64,000 nt of DNA, taken from Oculina patagonica (lineage: Eukaryota). Positions 38,195 through 51,418 of the stretch are shown here, piece after piece (the stretch's first letter is position 1; every line of letters begins with the position of its first letter). The stretch is from the NCBI RefSeq assembly GCF_052425735.1, contig NC_135769.1, positions 28,892,001 to 28,956,000 of the forward strand, read 5' to 3'. A program made the position numbers and the translations under genes. A model generated the notes under the pieces. It searched no databases, was not told the DNA's origin, and saw nothing but the letters and a program-made list of their open reading frames with translations.

Positions 38195-38250
38195 CTTGAA
38201 GCTGTTATTAAGCCTCCAATTAAGGAAACCAGAACAACCAGAACTTTCAT
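38195..38250 (-). CDS. Second signal-peptide exon copy upstream of LOX-B (alternative first exon or orphan)
   Basis: MKVLVVLVSLIGGLITASR/gtatag, 56 nt, phase 2. No LOX exon 2 lies between it and 34408. Downstream intron sequence (aaattagatcacctttgctga...ctctaaaaatgatct) is also shared with the 34353 copy. Confidence 0.7.
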
Positions 38251-39884
38251 GTTCGCAGATGACAAAGAGATATTTTTTAGACGGTTTTATTTTTTTTTGG
38301 GGGGCGAACGACTAATCCTGGTCTTTTGAAGGGGGCTCGATCGGGTTTTGGAGTGACGATACCTTTCAGCTTTTAGCAACTTGTTTGCCACCATAAATAA
38401 TACAACTGAAGATCGATCAACACAGCTGTACTAATGAAAGATGAAAGTGTCAAACTAGGCAAGTATTACCAAATTCGGAGTTACCATAGCGACGTAATGA
38501 CGTCACCACCTTTTTTAACACAAGATGGATTTACTTGTGATTAATGGATAATAGTAATAATAATAATAATTTGCTAATTATATAGCGCATATTTTCAGTT
38601 CTGATCAATAGCGCACATCAGAAAATAAAAATAAAGTTATAGGTTATAAAAATAGCTATCTTAAAAAGAGCTTCGACAGGAAAAAATTTGCTAGGGGTCC
38701 GTGAAAATTTAAGAATTTCCATAAGAGCATTTTCGAGAAAAATCAGGATGAAGTTTTGAGGTGTTAAAATACAACAAAAACAAAGCAATCTTGAAACGTC
38801 ATTGAAAATAAGTTCACAAGGCCTGATCAAATAAATTTTTGGTCGTAAGTAAATCTTGTCCTATCCAATTACGCTGAGTGTAAATCACAAGGAAATCGTT
38901 TTATTTGATTTGTTTAAACATCGGCTTTAATATGAACTGCTATGAAGTGTTATTTTGCTCTTCGAGCCACGACTGAAATTTTTCACCAACACGTTTGGTT
39001 TTCATACCTTGAGTACATATGAGCAGCAAGTGGGAGTTTAAGCCCCGGAGGGATCAGGTTTTTTTCTTCCCACCGTTTTTTCCCCCTGAATTAAAACAAT
39101 CAGTCGTAAAAATGCGCCCTACAGTTAGTAAATAATCGCGAAATAAAAAGCAGTTGATTTTTTTTGTTACTTAAAGCAGGCAATCAACATATCCTGAAAC
39201 TCACAAAAATAAAAACTAAAGAAGAAAACAACTTAATATAACTCGCTTAGTAAAGCTAGTGAAGTTAGTAAAGTTGTAAAGTTAGTAACGCTGAAATCGT
39301 GATAAGTTATAATTTAACTCTCTCATTGAAAACTCGTAGAACGATGAACTCAAGCTTGCGGAATTTGGCAAAAATGGTTTGGGGAAGTTTTGAGATTTTT
39401 TGTTGAATATCCTTGTCTCGTTTAAACTAGTCATACAAAATACTTTGTTTTAATTTCCTGAAAGCTAATAAAAATAAAAAAGAATACAAAAAATAAGAAG
39501 GAAGCAAATTGATAAAACCCTTTTATAATAGCCGCTATTTTGATATTTACATGACATGTATTATGCAAATTAGACACGCGATTTCAGAGGGGGCAGTCAA
39601 GTTAAATTCAGCAAATTTCAACTGGTTTCCTGTCCTTTCTGATAAAGTTTTGGCAGCCATGCTATATGCGTTCAGTATTTTAAAAAGAAGTATTCCACGT
39701 TTTAGGCAATTTCGGTCCCTTTATGAAAAAAAGGCTTGCGTCGCAACAAGTCAAGATATCGAGTTGCTATTCCAAACTCAGTGAACCGAATTTTTTCTTT
39801 GTTGCTGTGTTTGGCAGGCAGTGAAGCTGAGAAAGAATGGTAAAAGAAAGACGACACAAATGAGCTTTAAGTCGTTGAAAAAGT

Positions 39885-39890
39885 TTTATT
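39885..39890 (-). terminator. Candidate polyadenylation signal of LOX-C
   Basis: Minus-strand AATAAA in a 3' UTR homologous to that of LOX-B. Confidence 0.55.
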
Positions 39891-42800
39891 TAAGGCCTTC
39901 AAAGCACATTCAAATGGGTCGCGTTACACACATAGTAATAGTAAGCTTAACAGCGTCTACGCACCTTTCAGTATATTAAAGATTCCACATTATGACTAAA
40001 TTAACAATACAATCTTTTAGAAACTACACCCTTATTATTATGCCCTCTTACATTTTGTCACTAGCTCGACGCTAGTGGAACACACACAAGAAAGTTACGA
40101 CCCATAGCACATGCGCTGATCGAACGCCACAAACTAGGTCTGAATACCATTCGGCAGCCATCTTGGGATAAAGTAAGGATAGGTCAGTTGGCCTTTCTCC
40201 TTCCGTTTCTGGTTCTTTTCTTGCATGCGAGGCTGAACAACAAGATTTAGGTAACTATAGTAACGATTCACAAGATCAACAGCCTTGATGTCCTGAAGCT
40301 CGTTTCCATAGTCAAACAAGGAATCGAAACGGAAAGTTGCCAGGGCATTACTGAAACCAGCCTCGATCTACAAATGAAATACAAAAGAACGTTGCTGATA
40401 GTGTTTCGTACAAAGATCAGAAACTAATAGAGAACAGGAAAGCAGGATAGAAGGCTTTTTCTCTGAAGAGGTTAATATCCATGTGGATCAGTGTACTGTC
40501 TCAACACCTGTGACCCTTACGGAAAAACTATGACGAGAAGGCTGATAATATAGTGGAAACGTTGGAAAAATATGAAAGGTTGCGACACCACATCTCCTGA
40601 TACTCCTCAAAGTGTATGTTTCTTACTCATGATCAGTCAGTTTTACATTTCTGAGCCTAAAAAACTATTGTGAGATTTCAAGGCGTAATTGAGACAGCAG
40701 CTGTTTCAAAACGCCCCCTTAAACTGCACTTCCCTCCAGAATAAAATAAAATAAAAAAATAAAATGACCACACGTGAACTTACAGCTGAAGTAAACCTAT
40801 TTGGAAGCCGGTACACAGAGAATTCCCCTTCTTTTACTCTGGTGTCATTGTACAGTTTGGTCGGAAGGTTTGGAATAAACTCAGCATAGTCTGACAGCTC
40901 GTAGTTAACAGCGGCGTGTTGGATCGTCACGTGAGAGATGATGCGGCTCACAATGTCACAGAGCTCTTCTTTGGAATCTATACTCGCAGGCAATCCTTGA
41001 ATCTGTTCATTAGACAAAGAAAAGAGACGATTTTAACAGAATTACAGGGATCTTAAATTATTCTGAGCTTCCTTTTACATGGCCCAAATGGAGAAACTGC
41101 GCCATTCGTCAGGACACCAAAATATTAAAATTGTTTATGGAATCGTGTTTTCTAGTAGAGGCATGAGGGGATTTTATAATCATCTCTGCCCTCCACCTGA
41201 TTGCCGAAATCTAACCATCACTAAAGGTAAAGGGCGGGGAGGAGGAGAGGAGAAAGGAAGTTAATAATAAAGAAAAGTAAGTTGTCGAATTTTTATTTTT
41301 ATAAACATTCTTCTGTTTGCCCAAACATTGCAGGCGGAATTGCGCAGTACGGGCTGGAAATCATCTTTAAAGGGACATTGCCACGAGCTCCACTTTAAAA
41401 ATTCAAGAGCGTAAAGACATATGGGAACCTTCAAAATAGTGGCCCAGTTTTGTTAAAAATTACCATGTCCGTATACTGAAGCTATAAATACTAGAATTAA
41501 CGATAATGATAACGCGATTAAATTCGTTAATTTGAATAAACACGTACAAACTACAGAAACAAATTCGAACGTATTTGAAAGCCGAATAATAAGGTAAGTC
41601 ATGTAATTTTGAGGCCATCAGGAAGTTTGGATATCAACTTGAAAAAGTTAGGCAGACGTTTTCAAGTTCTGCCCTAATGGCCTGAAAAAATAAATAAATA
41701 AATAAAAAACAGCTAAAAACTAAAACTGGCTTCCCTCTCCCTTTACCACAATTTGCTTTATACCTTCATCTTCATCTTTATGTTCTAGGTTTATTTCGTT
41801 TACGCCAAGTTTAGAACATTTTACTGAAAAGCAGAAAAATGTCCGTGACAGGGCGGGAACCTTTAACAATTTTGACAAAAAAAAAAAAAAAACACTTATT
41901 GTGGATGTTTAATATTCTATCTTTATATTTACCCTTCCAATGCCTCCGTTTGGTCCAGTTCCCTCGATTGAAACTTCATTGAGATATGCCTGAAGTTCTA
42001 CGTCTTCTTTCACGTCTGCATCAACTTTATAATACCTAAAAAATAATTAATATACGTAAACAACTTGAATGTTGAAATTATTGCAATGTCGACAAATATT
42101 ATGTTAATTTCGGCCAGTTGGTTTTCGCGAGACCATGTACACACAGTTATAAAGTCACAGTATATTTACTGCCTTATCTTTGCAAGAGGATGTCACGAAC
42201 GTAAAAAGAATTCGGGTACACAGTCGAAATTCCATTTAAAACGGACACAAAAGAGACAGGGAAAATCGTTCGTATTATGGAGGTTGACTTTGGTGTCTTT
42301 TGCACCAAGCGTAGCGTTTATGATATGGAAGTTTCCGTATTATGGGTGTCCATAAGGCCTCGACTGTAAGACTTAACCAAACCTCTAACTAAATTTTCGT
42401 GCTTTACAAACATGTTTGACGGTATTTCCACTACTCTTGTGTTTCCATCACGCACTAGTCTACCACGCGCTTTTTTTTTTTTTGTTCAGTTATCGGTAGT
42501 TTAATAATTGGCACTTAATGGGTTTAAATGGCATTTATGAAAATATTTCAAAACATTCATTAGTGTGAGCTTGAAACACATTTTTTTATATTATAACACA
42601 AAAAATTGTCCTTTTTATAAGAATTCAAGGATTTTGTTTTTGTTTTACTTACAAGTCCACGTATTTCTTCACCATGTGCTCGATAACTTCCAAGATCTTC
42701 ATGCCATCATCTCGATAAGGGAAGTATGGCACGAGTTTTTTGTCAGCCAGTCCGCGTTTCTTGTAAAGCAAAAAAAGAATGCAAAAGTTTGAAATGCTAT

Positions 42801-42971
42801 CCGGCATAGGATAGAGGGACAGACAGACAGACAGACAGACAGACAGAGGGACAGACAGACAGTAGGACATATTTTTGTCAGTGAGATTTGAAAGATGAGA
42901 AAGAATAAAACATAAAAATAATTGGCATGAAAAGGGTTCGGGAGGCAGAACGAATATATAAAACACTTTAA

Positions 42972-43308
42972 AGGGACTGTGTCAAGGATTTTAGCTACTG
43001 GATTTAGGCATGGGAAATGACCATAAAATTCGTTGAAATGTTAAAATGACCTCTCAAACCAGTGAAGGAACATTTCAATAACACACCAAATACAAAACAA
43101 GGTACGGATGTGGGTTTTTGAAATATTGTTGGGGTGAACAATTTTCAAAGTTAATCTTGTTTCTTGTTTCGCGGAAGACACTTGGGATAAAGCTATGGTT
43201 TTGTCATTTAGATCCAGAGAAGTAATATCTTTGCAAACATTAGTTTCATAGCGCGTATTTGGCAAAACCTTATAAATGTAAAATTAACTTAGCCATGACA
43301 CAGTCCCA
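42972..43308. mobile_element. TTAA-flanked MITE (Kolobok-like)
   Basis: ttaa|AGGGACTGTGTCAAGG ... CCATGACACAGTCCCA|ttaa. Confidence 0.65.
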
Positions 43309-43379
43309 TTAAAAGCTTGACCCTTTAATTTATTTTTTCAGCAATAACCCCAGTACGTTTAACTTAAGACAATCTGACT

Positions 43380-43720
43380 TTACAATGCCTAGGTTTAATT
43401 CGGTGAAATGTGGTAAACACTCGATAGATATCTAGGACCCAAATTGTGTCGAAATTACCAAAGAGCATAAGAGAGGCCACATCTCTTAGCAATTTTAAGA
43501 CGAACATCAGAAACCTTAACAATCTTGATGCATTATTAGTTGATGGGTACAGAGGTGTCCCTTTGCTCCTCATAAATTTTTCTTTAAGTATTATTATTGT
43601 ATTATATAATCCACTGCACATAGTCTCATAACATATTTTAACTAAGATCTAAATTTTAGTATTGTAAATAGCTATAGGTTTTAGCATTTCTTTTAGTTTA
43701 ACTCTTTTTTGTTATGTCTC
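43380..43720 (+). mobile_element. Short LINE 3' fragment
   Basis: Translation YLGPKLxSKLPKSIREATSLSNFKTNIR resembles the extreme C-terminus of CR1/L2 ORF2; followed by an AT-rich UTR. Confidence 0.55.
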
Positions 43721-46700
43721 CAGTATTAGTAGGGGCGTTTTTCTCCAGGTAGGCGGTTGATCGAATAACTCAGCCTTAATAAAGTCCCTTCTCTCTATAT
43801 AAATGCAAAGTGGGAAACATCTTATCGGATGTTCTTTGTTTAGTAGTGTGCACCTGGATGTTGCTCCTGAAATCTGTCACTTCCCATGTGGATGATGGAT
43901 GTGCATCTCGAAGGAGTCTCACTGCTCCGTCGTTTCCATATGCAAAAAGAAGATCCATGAACTTCGCTTCGTTTACAAGTGCAGGAGTTCCAAACAAGTT
44001 GGGGACAATCACCTCTCGGCAGTGATACTTCAGTATTTGATTCAGCGGATGCAAAGACGGCAAGGTCCGTTTTAAGGAGACACAGAATGGCTCGATGAAA
44101 TAATGGACCTGAAACAAGGTCAAGGGTAAAAATTGACAATCATTGGACGATTGTTCGTTTGGTATGAAATCGTAGATAGTCATTGAGGTGCGTATCACCG
44201 TGTTGGTTTTGATCTTCTCATATAAGAAACAAGCACAAATGGAATGATTAGCTCGTTAAAAAAATAGCACGAAATGACGATAAAGCTTGCTTATCTGATT
44301 TTGTAAAAATGGACCGAAAGACGATTTTTGTCTGATGCTAATGGCTAATAAGCAAACCAAAGCTCTTGAAAAAAAACCACACAAAACATTAGATTTATAC
44401 GACTGAAACCAGAATCCGGTTGGAAAACTTGCATTATACCTGCATGGAGAACATATCCATAAATTACACACATTTCCGATTACCTTGCTTTGACTGCATC
44501 CTTTAAAAATACTCTTTTGTTTATGATGAGTTTATTTGACAGTTCATACCTTAGCAAGGTGCTCAACAATTTGCGAGTATCCCAAGATCCGTGATTTGAA
44601 CATTGAGTTTGGCAATCAACCAGTTGTCTTCATCGTTCGGAGTGTAAACCGCAGAATCTGGAGTAAGAGAAGAGTTTTGACAAAGTTTTGTGAGGTTAGT
44701 AGCCAGACGGGTTTAAAAATCTGTCACGTGACACGTTCTGTCCATCTACAGTACGTTCCTCAGAAAAATAATTGACAGGAAGCAAGTCATTTTATAAACT
44801 TTTTCTTGGGACTTTTCCAGAACATTCGAGTATATTTCACCTTGTTTCTTTCAAATAGAGGCCAGCTAACAGTAGTCATCTTCATAATCATAAGAGTGTT
44901 TTCAGTGAAGCATTATGATTAGACAGTGTGGATTGTACGGGGCATACATGAATTGTTCAATATAAGCCACTCACCCGCTGGAGGGCCTCATTAGAGTAGC
45001 CCTATATTCTTAAGGTGAGTACATCAAGCTAAGAAAGTGCCTGACCAGACAAATAGCCTTGAAACCGAGATTTCGGTATATATAATTATCTTACTTACCT
45101 GGTCTGTAGTCCATTTGTATGGCAACGGGCACAAGTTCATTGGAACGACCAACTTTTGCAGATGCAAACAGAGCAATGGGAGAAAGAAAGTTCCACATGG
45201 TCCTTTTAGGATCTCTGTCTGTAAGGTCCGGTGATCTGTCCATGTCGTCACACAACTCGTAACGCAGAGCGTAGATGCGACCCTTGTTTATGGCCTAAAA
45301 GTCAAAAAGTAATATCTCGTCACAAAGTAAATGTTTCAAAAAAGAGATATTGTCGTAAAAAAAAAAAAAATGGTTTTCGTAACATTTTTCCAGGATAAGC
45401 TTGGGTAACCAGAAAAATAAGTGAAATTGTTTACCCTGAAATTGTATAGTCGAAGTGGAAGTTAAAAAATAACAGTTTTTATTTTAAAATAGGAAGGAGT
45501 GCCTTTTTTGCGTTCTTTTCATTTCATAACAACAAAGTAAAAAGAAAGCATACATCCTCCAGAGAGTCTCCAGTCTTCAGAACCCCTTGTACAGCGGCAT
45601 CCCAGTCAAATTCAGGATTCAGTGTTTCCTTAAGCTTATTCCAGTCCAGTCCTACTGGTCCTAAGGAAATAACACGCCATTATCATCATTTTAACTGCCA
45701 CTCCTTTTCTCACCGTGCTTACTCACATAATTTGTAGCCATTGAAATAAAAATTTAATCGTTGTCTTGTCTTGGGGAGGCTAAATTAGAATAAAATGCTT
45801 CACATTACAGGATACCGGGAAGGTAGGAGTTAACGAAGCCAATAAAAGAGAGGCCAGAAAGCAGTATTTACTTTGGAAGTGGCGGGAACCTGGCGAAGTA
45901 ACAGGGACGGCGTAGCCGGGGGGCGGGGGGGGGGCGCCCCCCCCCCTTTTAAAAAAAAAAAATAATTATTTAAAGAAAATATTCTCTCCCCCCCCCCCCC
46001 ACCCCACCCCACCCCCCCCCCCCCCCCCCCCCCCACATATAAAAAACCACCCCCGCAGTAAGAAAAATCATTTCGTGATAAAAATAGCAGAGAGAGGCGG
46101 AAATCGCTAAGGAAGGGGCAGGAACCAGGAGTAAAAATTACTGGAAGCGGAGGGTTCAGATTCCCCTGTTCCGCTCTCCATACGCATATGCACGGTACTA
46201 ACTATGGTATAAGCAAAAAAAAACAAACAGACAGACAAACAAACAAACAAAAACAAAAATATGCTTCAACTAAGGAAAGCTTCCACATATCATTGAAAAC
46301 GGAACGACGATCCAAAAGAATGGCACTCATGCAAACTGAATATAACCCTAGCATTCGTCATGTCATTGTCGCGTGAGGGGAAGGAGACGAGAGGTGAACG
46401 GCAGCGATAAGCGATTCACACTGAATTTGTAGTTTTCTTTTTATCTTTCCATTAAGGTATTCCTGAAGCTGCTCATAGATTCCCTGCAGTTGGTTGTTTG
46501 CCTTAAGGGAAGCTAAATTTTGAAATAAAAAAGGGGGTCACCGTATTCGTTTAGGAGCAGGAAGACCTTGTATTTACCATATAACTCCTTATATTTCCTT
46601 AGCAAGTACTGCTGAAAGTACACATTTTCGGTGATAATGTATTATTCTGCCATAGAAATTGATCTGTATTCCCTTTAAAGAAAGAATTTGATCGCTTCTT

Positions 46701-47539
46701 TCGAACTAAGAGAAAAAATGATAGGTCACCGAACTCGTTTACTTTGAGAAAACGATGATTTCTTCTCACGCGAGCCAAGCCGCATCGAAAAAAGCCGCCA
46801 TTTTGTTTATGTGCGCGCGCTAATTACGGGTAACAATTCTGCGCAGTAAGGATGCGCAATGCAATACTAGGGAATCACCTTAATCAAGGCGCGTTTTTGC
46901 CATAAAGGCCACGTATGAATCGACTCAGATCTTAGTTACCCACCTTTAATTTCTTCTTCTCCTGAAAGACAAAAGAAATTAAATCGATTATGCATTTGAA
47001 TATAGTATTACTCCCGGTCCTGAGGAGATAAGACGTGAACATCGTCATTAAATAACCTCAACTTTCCTTCTCGAAAAAAAAAAAAACTACAAGGGCTCTA
47101 AGAGAGTTATTTGACTGTATTTCATTATGTACAGCTTAGGAGTATAAGTGGAAATGGTTAACTATATCTAATATATATAGTAAATGGTTTGAACCCAGGA
47201 GTATCAGTAGGTCGTATAGTACAGTTATAGTGTGATCGTCTGTGTGATAGTAGTTCTGAGAAGAACTGTTGTTGGTGACGGACGTTTAATTTCGACAACC
47301 TAAGTTTACGTAAAGTTTACGTAAACCTGAATTTACCTGCTATACAAATAAACAAGATAATCATACATTTTGTCTCACTGAGAAAGTCATCGTCTGATGT
47401 TGTCTAACTTGGTGCACGGTTGTATTTAATACTTTCGTATTTTGTTTTTACGGATAGGCCACTGACATAACCTAATTTTTTTTTCTTTAATCTAATATAT
47501 CAAAAACGAGAAAGTATCCTGGAGGCCCCGTCTCCTGCT

Positions 47540-47782
47540 TCTTAAGTGTTATGGTCAGCGGGGGACGTTAAAGAACTCACACATTTATCGCAAAGAGTAG
47601 GGCACGGGGTTCCGGGGGTTGTGGTCTATCTTATTATCATGTGTCCATGGGTTGGGTGGTGGGGCAAGATCATACACATGGAAGGCGCATGACATGCTGA
47701 TGTTCGATCTCTTCCCGTAATTATAACTGTAAAGCGCATTGAGCTTTGTAAATGCACTATACAAGAACCATTACCATTACCT
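47540..47782 (+). mobile_element. SINE 3' half with an L2-like tail
   Basis: ggacgttaaagaactcacac...aagagtaggg core, then tgtaaagcgcattgag...gcactataca and (ACCATT)n. Confidence 0.5.
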
Positions 47783-48126
47783 TCTGAATTCAAATTCTGA
47801 TTTTGGGCCTTTTTTGCAACTTCGATGCACTGACCACTTAACTACGTGACGCATTCTCTTTTAGGTACGGGTGCCAGGCGCATCTTTAAATCGAAATTGT
47901 TAAAGTTTGTCGCCTGCGGTTCGCAATTCATCCTAATCTTCCCCAAATTTCAAACAATTAAGCATCTTTTATAACTTATCTTCTTTGACGTTTTATAAAC
48001 CTTCGAAAGCTAATCTCCTTTAATCATTTTTATTGATCAAGAGCTAATCTTCTTTTAATCCTTATTAACTGAAGTTTGCATGCTTGTATGTTTTTAAATG
48101 TACTAAGGTTAAATTAAAGTTTTTAC

Positions 48127-48279
48127 CTTCACAGACACCCCATTTTTCCCCGTCATTTGTTGCACACCACGGCGCAGAGTAATCTTTTGTTGTACATTCC
48201 TCATATTTCACTCCTTTGTAGGTGAAAGGAAAGTGGCACCATTCGCCTTTTGTTGTCTTGACGGTACAGTCCCTGGCTT
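48127..48279 (-). CDS. LOX-C FN2 module 2 exon (phase 1-1, 153 nt)
   Basis: [51 protein letters not shown] with AG/GT boundaries. Confidence 0.88.
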
Positions 48280-49642
48280 CTAAAAAAAGTAACAACATTT
48301 ATTTTGTTAAAAAGAATCAAGCAGGGACAGGTAAATGACTAAGCATCATAGATGGCAAAAGTACTGATTGCAACCTATATGGTTCAATTACTTTATTAAT
48401 TTGATCGGTTAAACAAGAGCATTTCTGTTCTTGAAGGTATAATGTTTCCAAACATTCTAAAAAGTAGCTCTAGGACACCCCTCTGTAACAGACCCAGTGG
48501 AATCTTTATCCTCGCCGGGGTTTTAGGGAAAAAAATCACTGGGTTGGCCGAATTCCCACTGGGTCGGCTTATTTTCGACTAGGTTTTTTGCAACAGGTTT
48601 ATTCCAGGAGGGACTCCTGGTTTATTCGATAAAAAAATGGCCAATTGTGGAAAATGCGGGGTAGTTCACAAAGCCCTTTTATACATAGTTGTTACTTAAG
48701 CTACGTCGCGGACAACGTATCTTGAAAAAACTGGCAAGTTTTTTCAAGTTTCTCATACGTAATCCGTCTTAATCTTCATGAGTCAAGACCATCCTTGTTT
48801 ATTTTCTAGTTTTAAATACATTGTTGGTGTTTTGTGCGTCAGAAAACTATTATCTTCAGGTTTGGTTTCTTTTAATTTGAGAGTAATCAGAACTTAAATT
48901 AACGTGACATAGCACCTTTAAGTACAACTGACTCACCTTCTTCTTCATTGTTATCCTCTTCTAAACAATCAAAAATAAACGAAACAAATAAATAAAGGAA
49001 TAATTGAATACAAAACTTTTGACATAAAACGAATTCATCATCAGTCTATTGAATTTGTCAATAAAGTAACGCTAAAGATTAGTTTAAGTATATAAACTGA
49101 CTAACCTCCTCCACTGCTTTCCTCTTCTGACAACCAGAAAAAAAAAGAAGCATATCAGATAGATAGTTTTATTGAGGTTTTAAAGATACAGCAAGGGCTG
49201 AATTTGATAAAACAAATGTTAATCGCTAAAAAATATCTACTAGGTGATCTATTTACATAAAAACAAGTTAAAAAAGTTAAATTAATTAAGTTGAAAACAC
49301 AAGCAAATGCAAAAGGGAAAAAACCCGACTTTATACAATTACTATAAAAAAGTTATTTTATCAACCTGCGGAATCGTCTTTCTACTTCTTAGATCAGTTA
49401 AAATTACATTTATTGGGTGCAGGTAAAAATTTGAATAATTTGTGCTCACGGTTATTATTTATATCAAGAAACATTTTGACGGTTTGGGTCTGTCTCCGAT
49501 CGGAAAGTTCCTCTAAACTCGCAAGTCTTAGAGCCTCGCGATAAATAACATCAGAAAAGAAATATTTTAATACAAACGTTCGACATAAGAGAATTTCAAA
49601 ATCGTGTCTATTGATTTTTAAAGTTTCAAACTAATGTATTAC

Positions 49643-49801
49643 CTTCACAGACTCCCCATCTGCCTCTGTACTTTTCTGTAGTTGAACACCAAGCTTTATG
49701 GTAATGATCAGTGGTACACTTGTGGTAAACTTGACCACGATAGGTAAATGGAAAATGGCACCATCTTCCGTCTTCTGTCTTTACTGTACATCTCCCTTTT
49801 T
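49643..49801 (-). CDS. LOX-C FN2 module 1 exon
   Basis: [52 protein letters not shown]. The ancestral acceptor reads AC; an in-frame cryptic AG lies 6 nt inside. Confidence 0.8.
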
Positions 49802-49907
49802 GTGGAAGAAACATTAAATATTAAAAATAGTCTATATCAGTATCAAAGAGCGACCTCTTAAAGTCTTACATTAGTTAAAGTTGTTATTAAAGATCATCAC
49901 ATTTTTT

Positions 49908-50085
49908 TTCATCAGAGTATTGAAAATGAGTTCGTTAAAATATTAGCACGCGCTAGGCATGTTTGACTACGCCATCCAATCTTTAATTTCTTAACAGTGG
50001 AGTGTAAGCGCGTGCTAATATTTTATCGAACTCATTTTCAATACTCTGATGAAGGTGGACAGAGGCCACCGAAAATTTAGTGTTT
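49908..50085 (+). mobile_element. Penelope-like inverted repeat with minimal hammerhead ribozyme core
   Basis: About 47 bp inverted arms (49908-49954 and 50007-50053). AATACT-CTGATGA-A-GGTGG-acagagg-CCACC-GAAA-AT-TT-AGTGTT at 50040-50084. Confidence 0.6.
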
Positions 50086-51159
50086 AAAAATCTTAGATCG
50101 GATGAATCATTCCGACTGAAATTAAGTCTACCGATCGCCACAGACAAAGTGTATACGAATATATGTTTATACATATATAATCGGGTCGTGTGTCTTAGTT
50201 TTTTTAAGTATCTAGCTGGCGAAAACCGTCTCCTCCTCTCATCGCTTCCGCACGATAGTGGTAGCGTGATGTTAGGAAATTAATAAAAGATACTGTTATA
50301 TTTACCCCAATTGTTGGCTCGAAAGTGGACTGGAAAAACTCTGACAACATGAGGTATTCTGACATGGCCTTGATCTCTTGGCCATACGTTGCGTTGTTGT
50401 ACTTTTCTGTAATTTTATTGCTCGCTCCTGCCACTCCAATGTAAACTGAAGTGTAGTATCTCATGAACGGGTCTTTCAGAGCAACCGCTCCCAGCTGCTT
50501 CTGGGTCATGTTCAAAAGGGCAAAGCCATGCAAAGCTGGGTCATGTTTGAGAGTGTATGTCTTCTTGTTTTGAACAAGAGCAGCATTCCTGCTGGCTTTA
50601 CACACAGCGCTGGCGTGCTGAGGTAGGGAGACTTCACAGCTGACAGCTGATGCATACCTTGAACAACAATTAAAAAAATATATGTATTACCCTAATGTGC
50701 AGGTTTATCAAAAAATTAAAATTGCTGCCTGGTGTACTTTTCGTGAAAATAAATATTGTAATACTGGTTGTTGAATTCATGGTGGTATCTCCTTGACGTA
50801 AAAAATAGTTTCCATTTGCAGACAAATAGAAGCAGCATCTTCATATAAAAGTGCTGAATAATCAAGAAAATCTATAACCTAATGAACGCGGAATTTAATA
50901 TTAAATTTCACGTGATATGTATTAAGAATTCATTGATTAATTTATCAAAGGCTTCTATCCCAAGTTACAATAACTGAGCATAATTTTAACGGATGTCAAA
51001 ATCTAAACGCCTTTACGAACTTCAACCGTGGCGGTGCTGAAATTAATCAGCTTTGAAATAGCGTTGAACAGTGCAGCTAGAACCTTTTTTTTTTTTTTTT
51101 TTTTTTTCTTTTTTTTTAAAAAATAATAAATATGTGTTTATAGTGGTTATGCAATTAGC

Positions 51160-51418
51160 TTCATATCTCAACGAGATAGCTAGTTCACAGGCATGCCACT
51201 GAAACAGAGGAAACAAATAATTTATAAATGAACATAACAAGGTTAAAAATCCCAACTGGCAGGAGGCAGACCAGTTGGCTATATACAAAGCGTGGTCGAG
51301 GATTTGAACTCGAGACAACCGAGATACAAATCCAGCTAGTGGCAAGGGCAGGCTTCGAACCGGTGACCTCCGGATTACAACACCAGCGCCCTAAACCACT
51401 CGGCCACGCTTGCCTCCT
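51160..51418 (-). mobile_element. tRNA-derived SINE
   Basis: Minus strand GGAGGCAAGCG-TGGCCGAGTGG (A box) ... GGTTCGAAGCC (B box), followed by body gccaactggtctgcctcctgccagttgggattttt. A fragment of this body also occurs at about 5632-5660. Confidence 0.8.

Noticed and set aside
51345-51418. Possible tRNA-Thr(TGT) gene on the minus strand
   Set aside because: Stems pair imperfectly and the sequence continues into a SINE body; called as a SINE.
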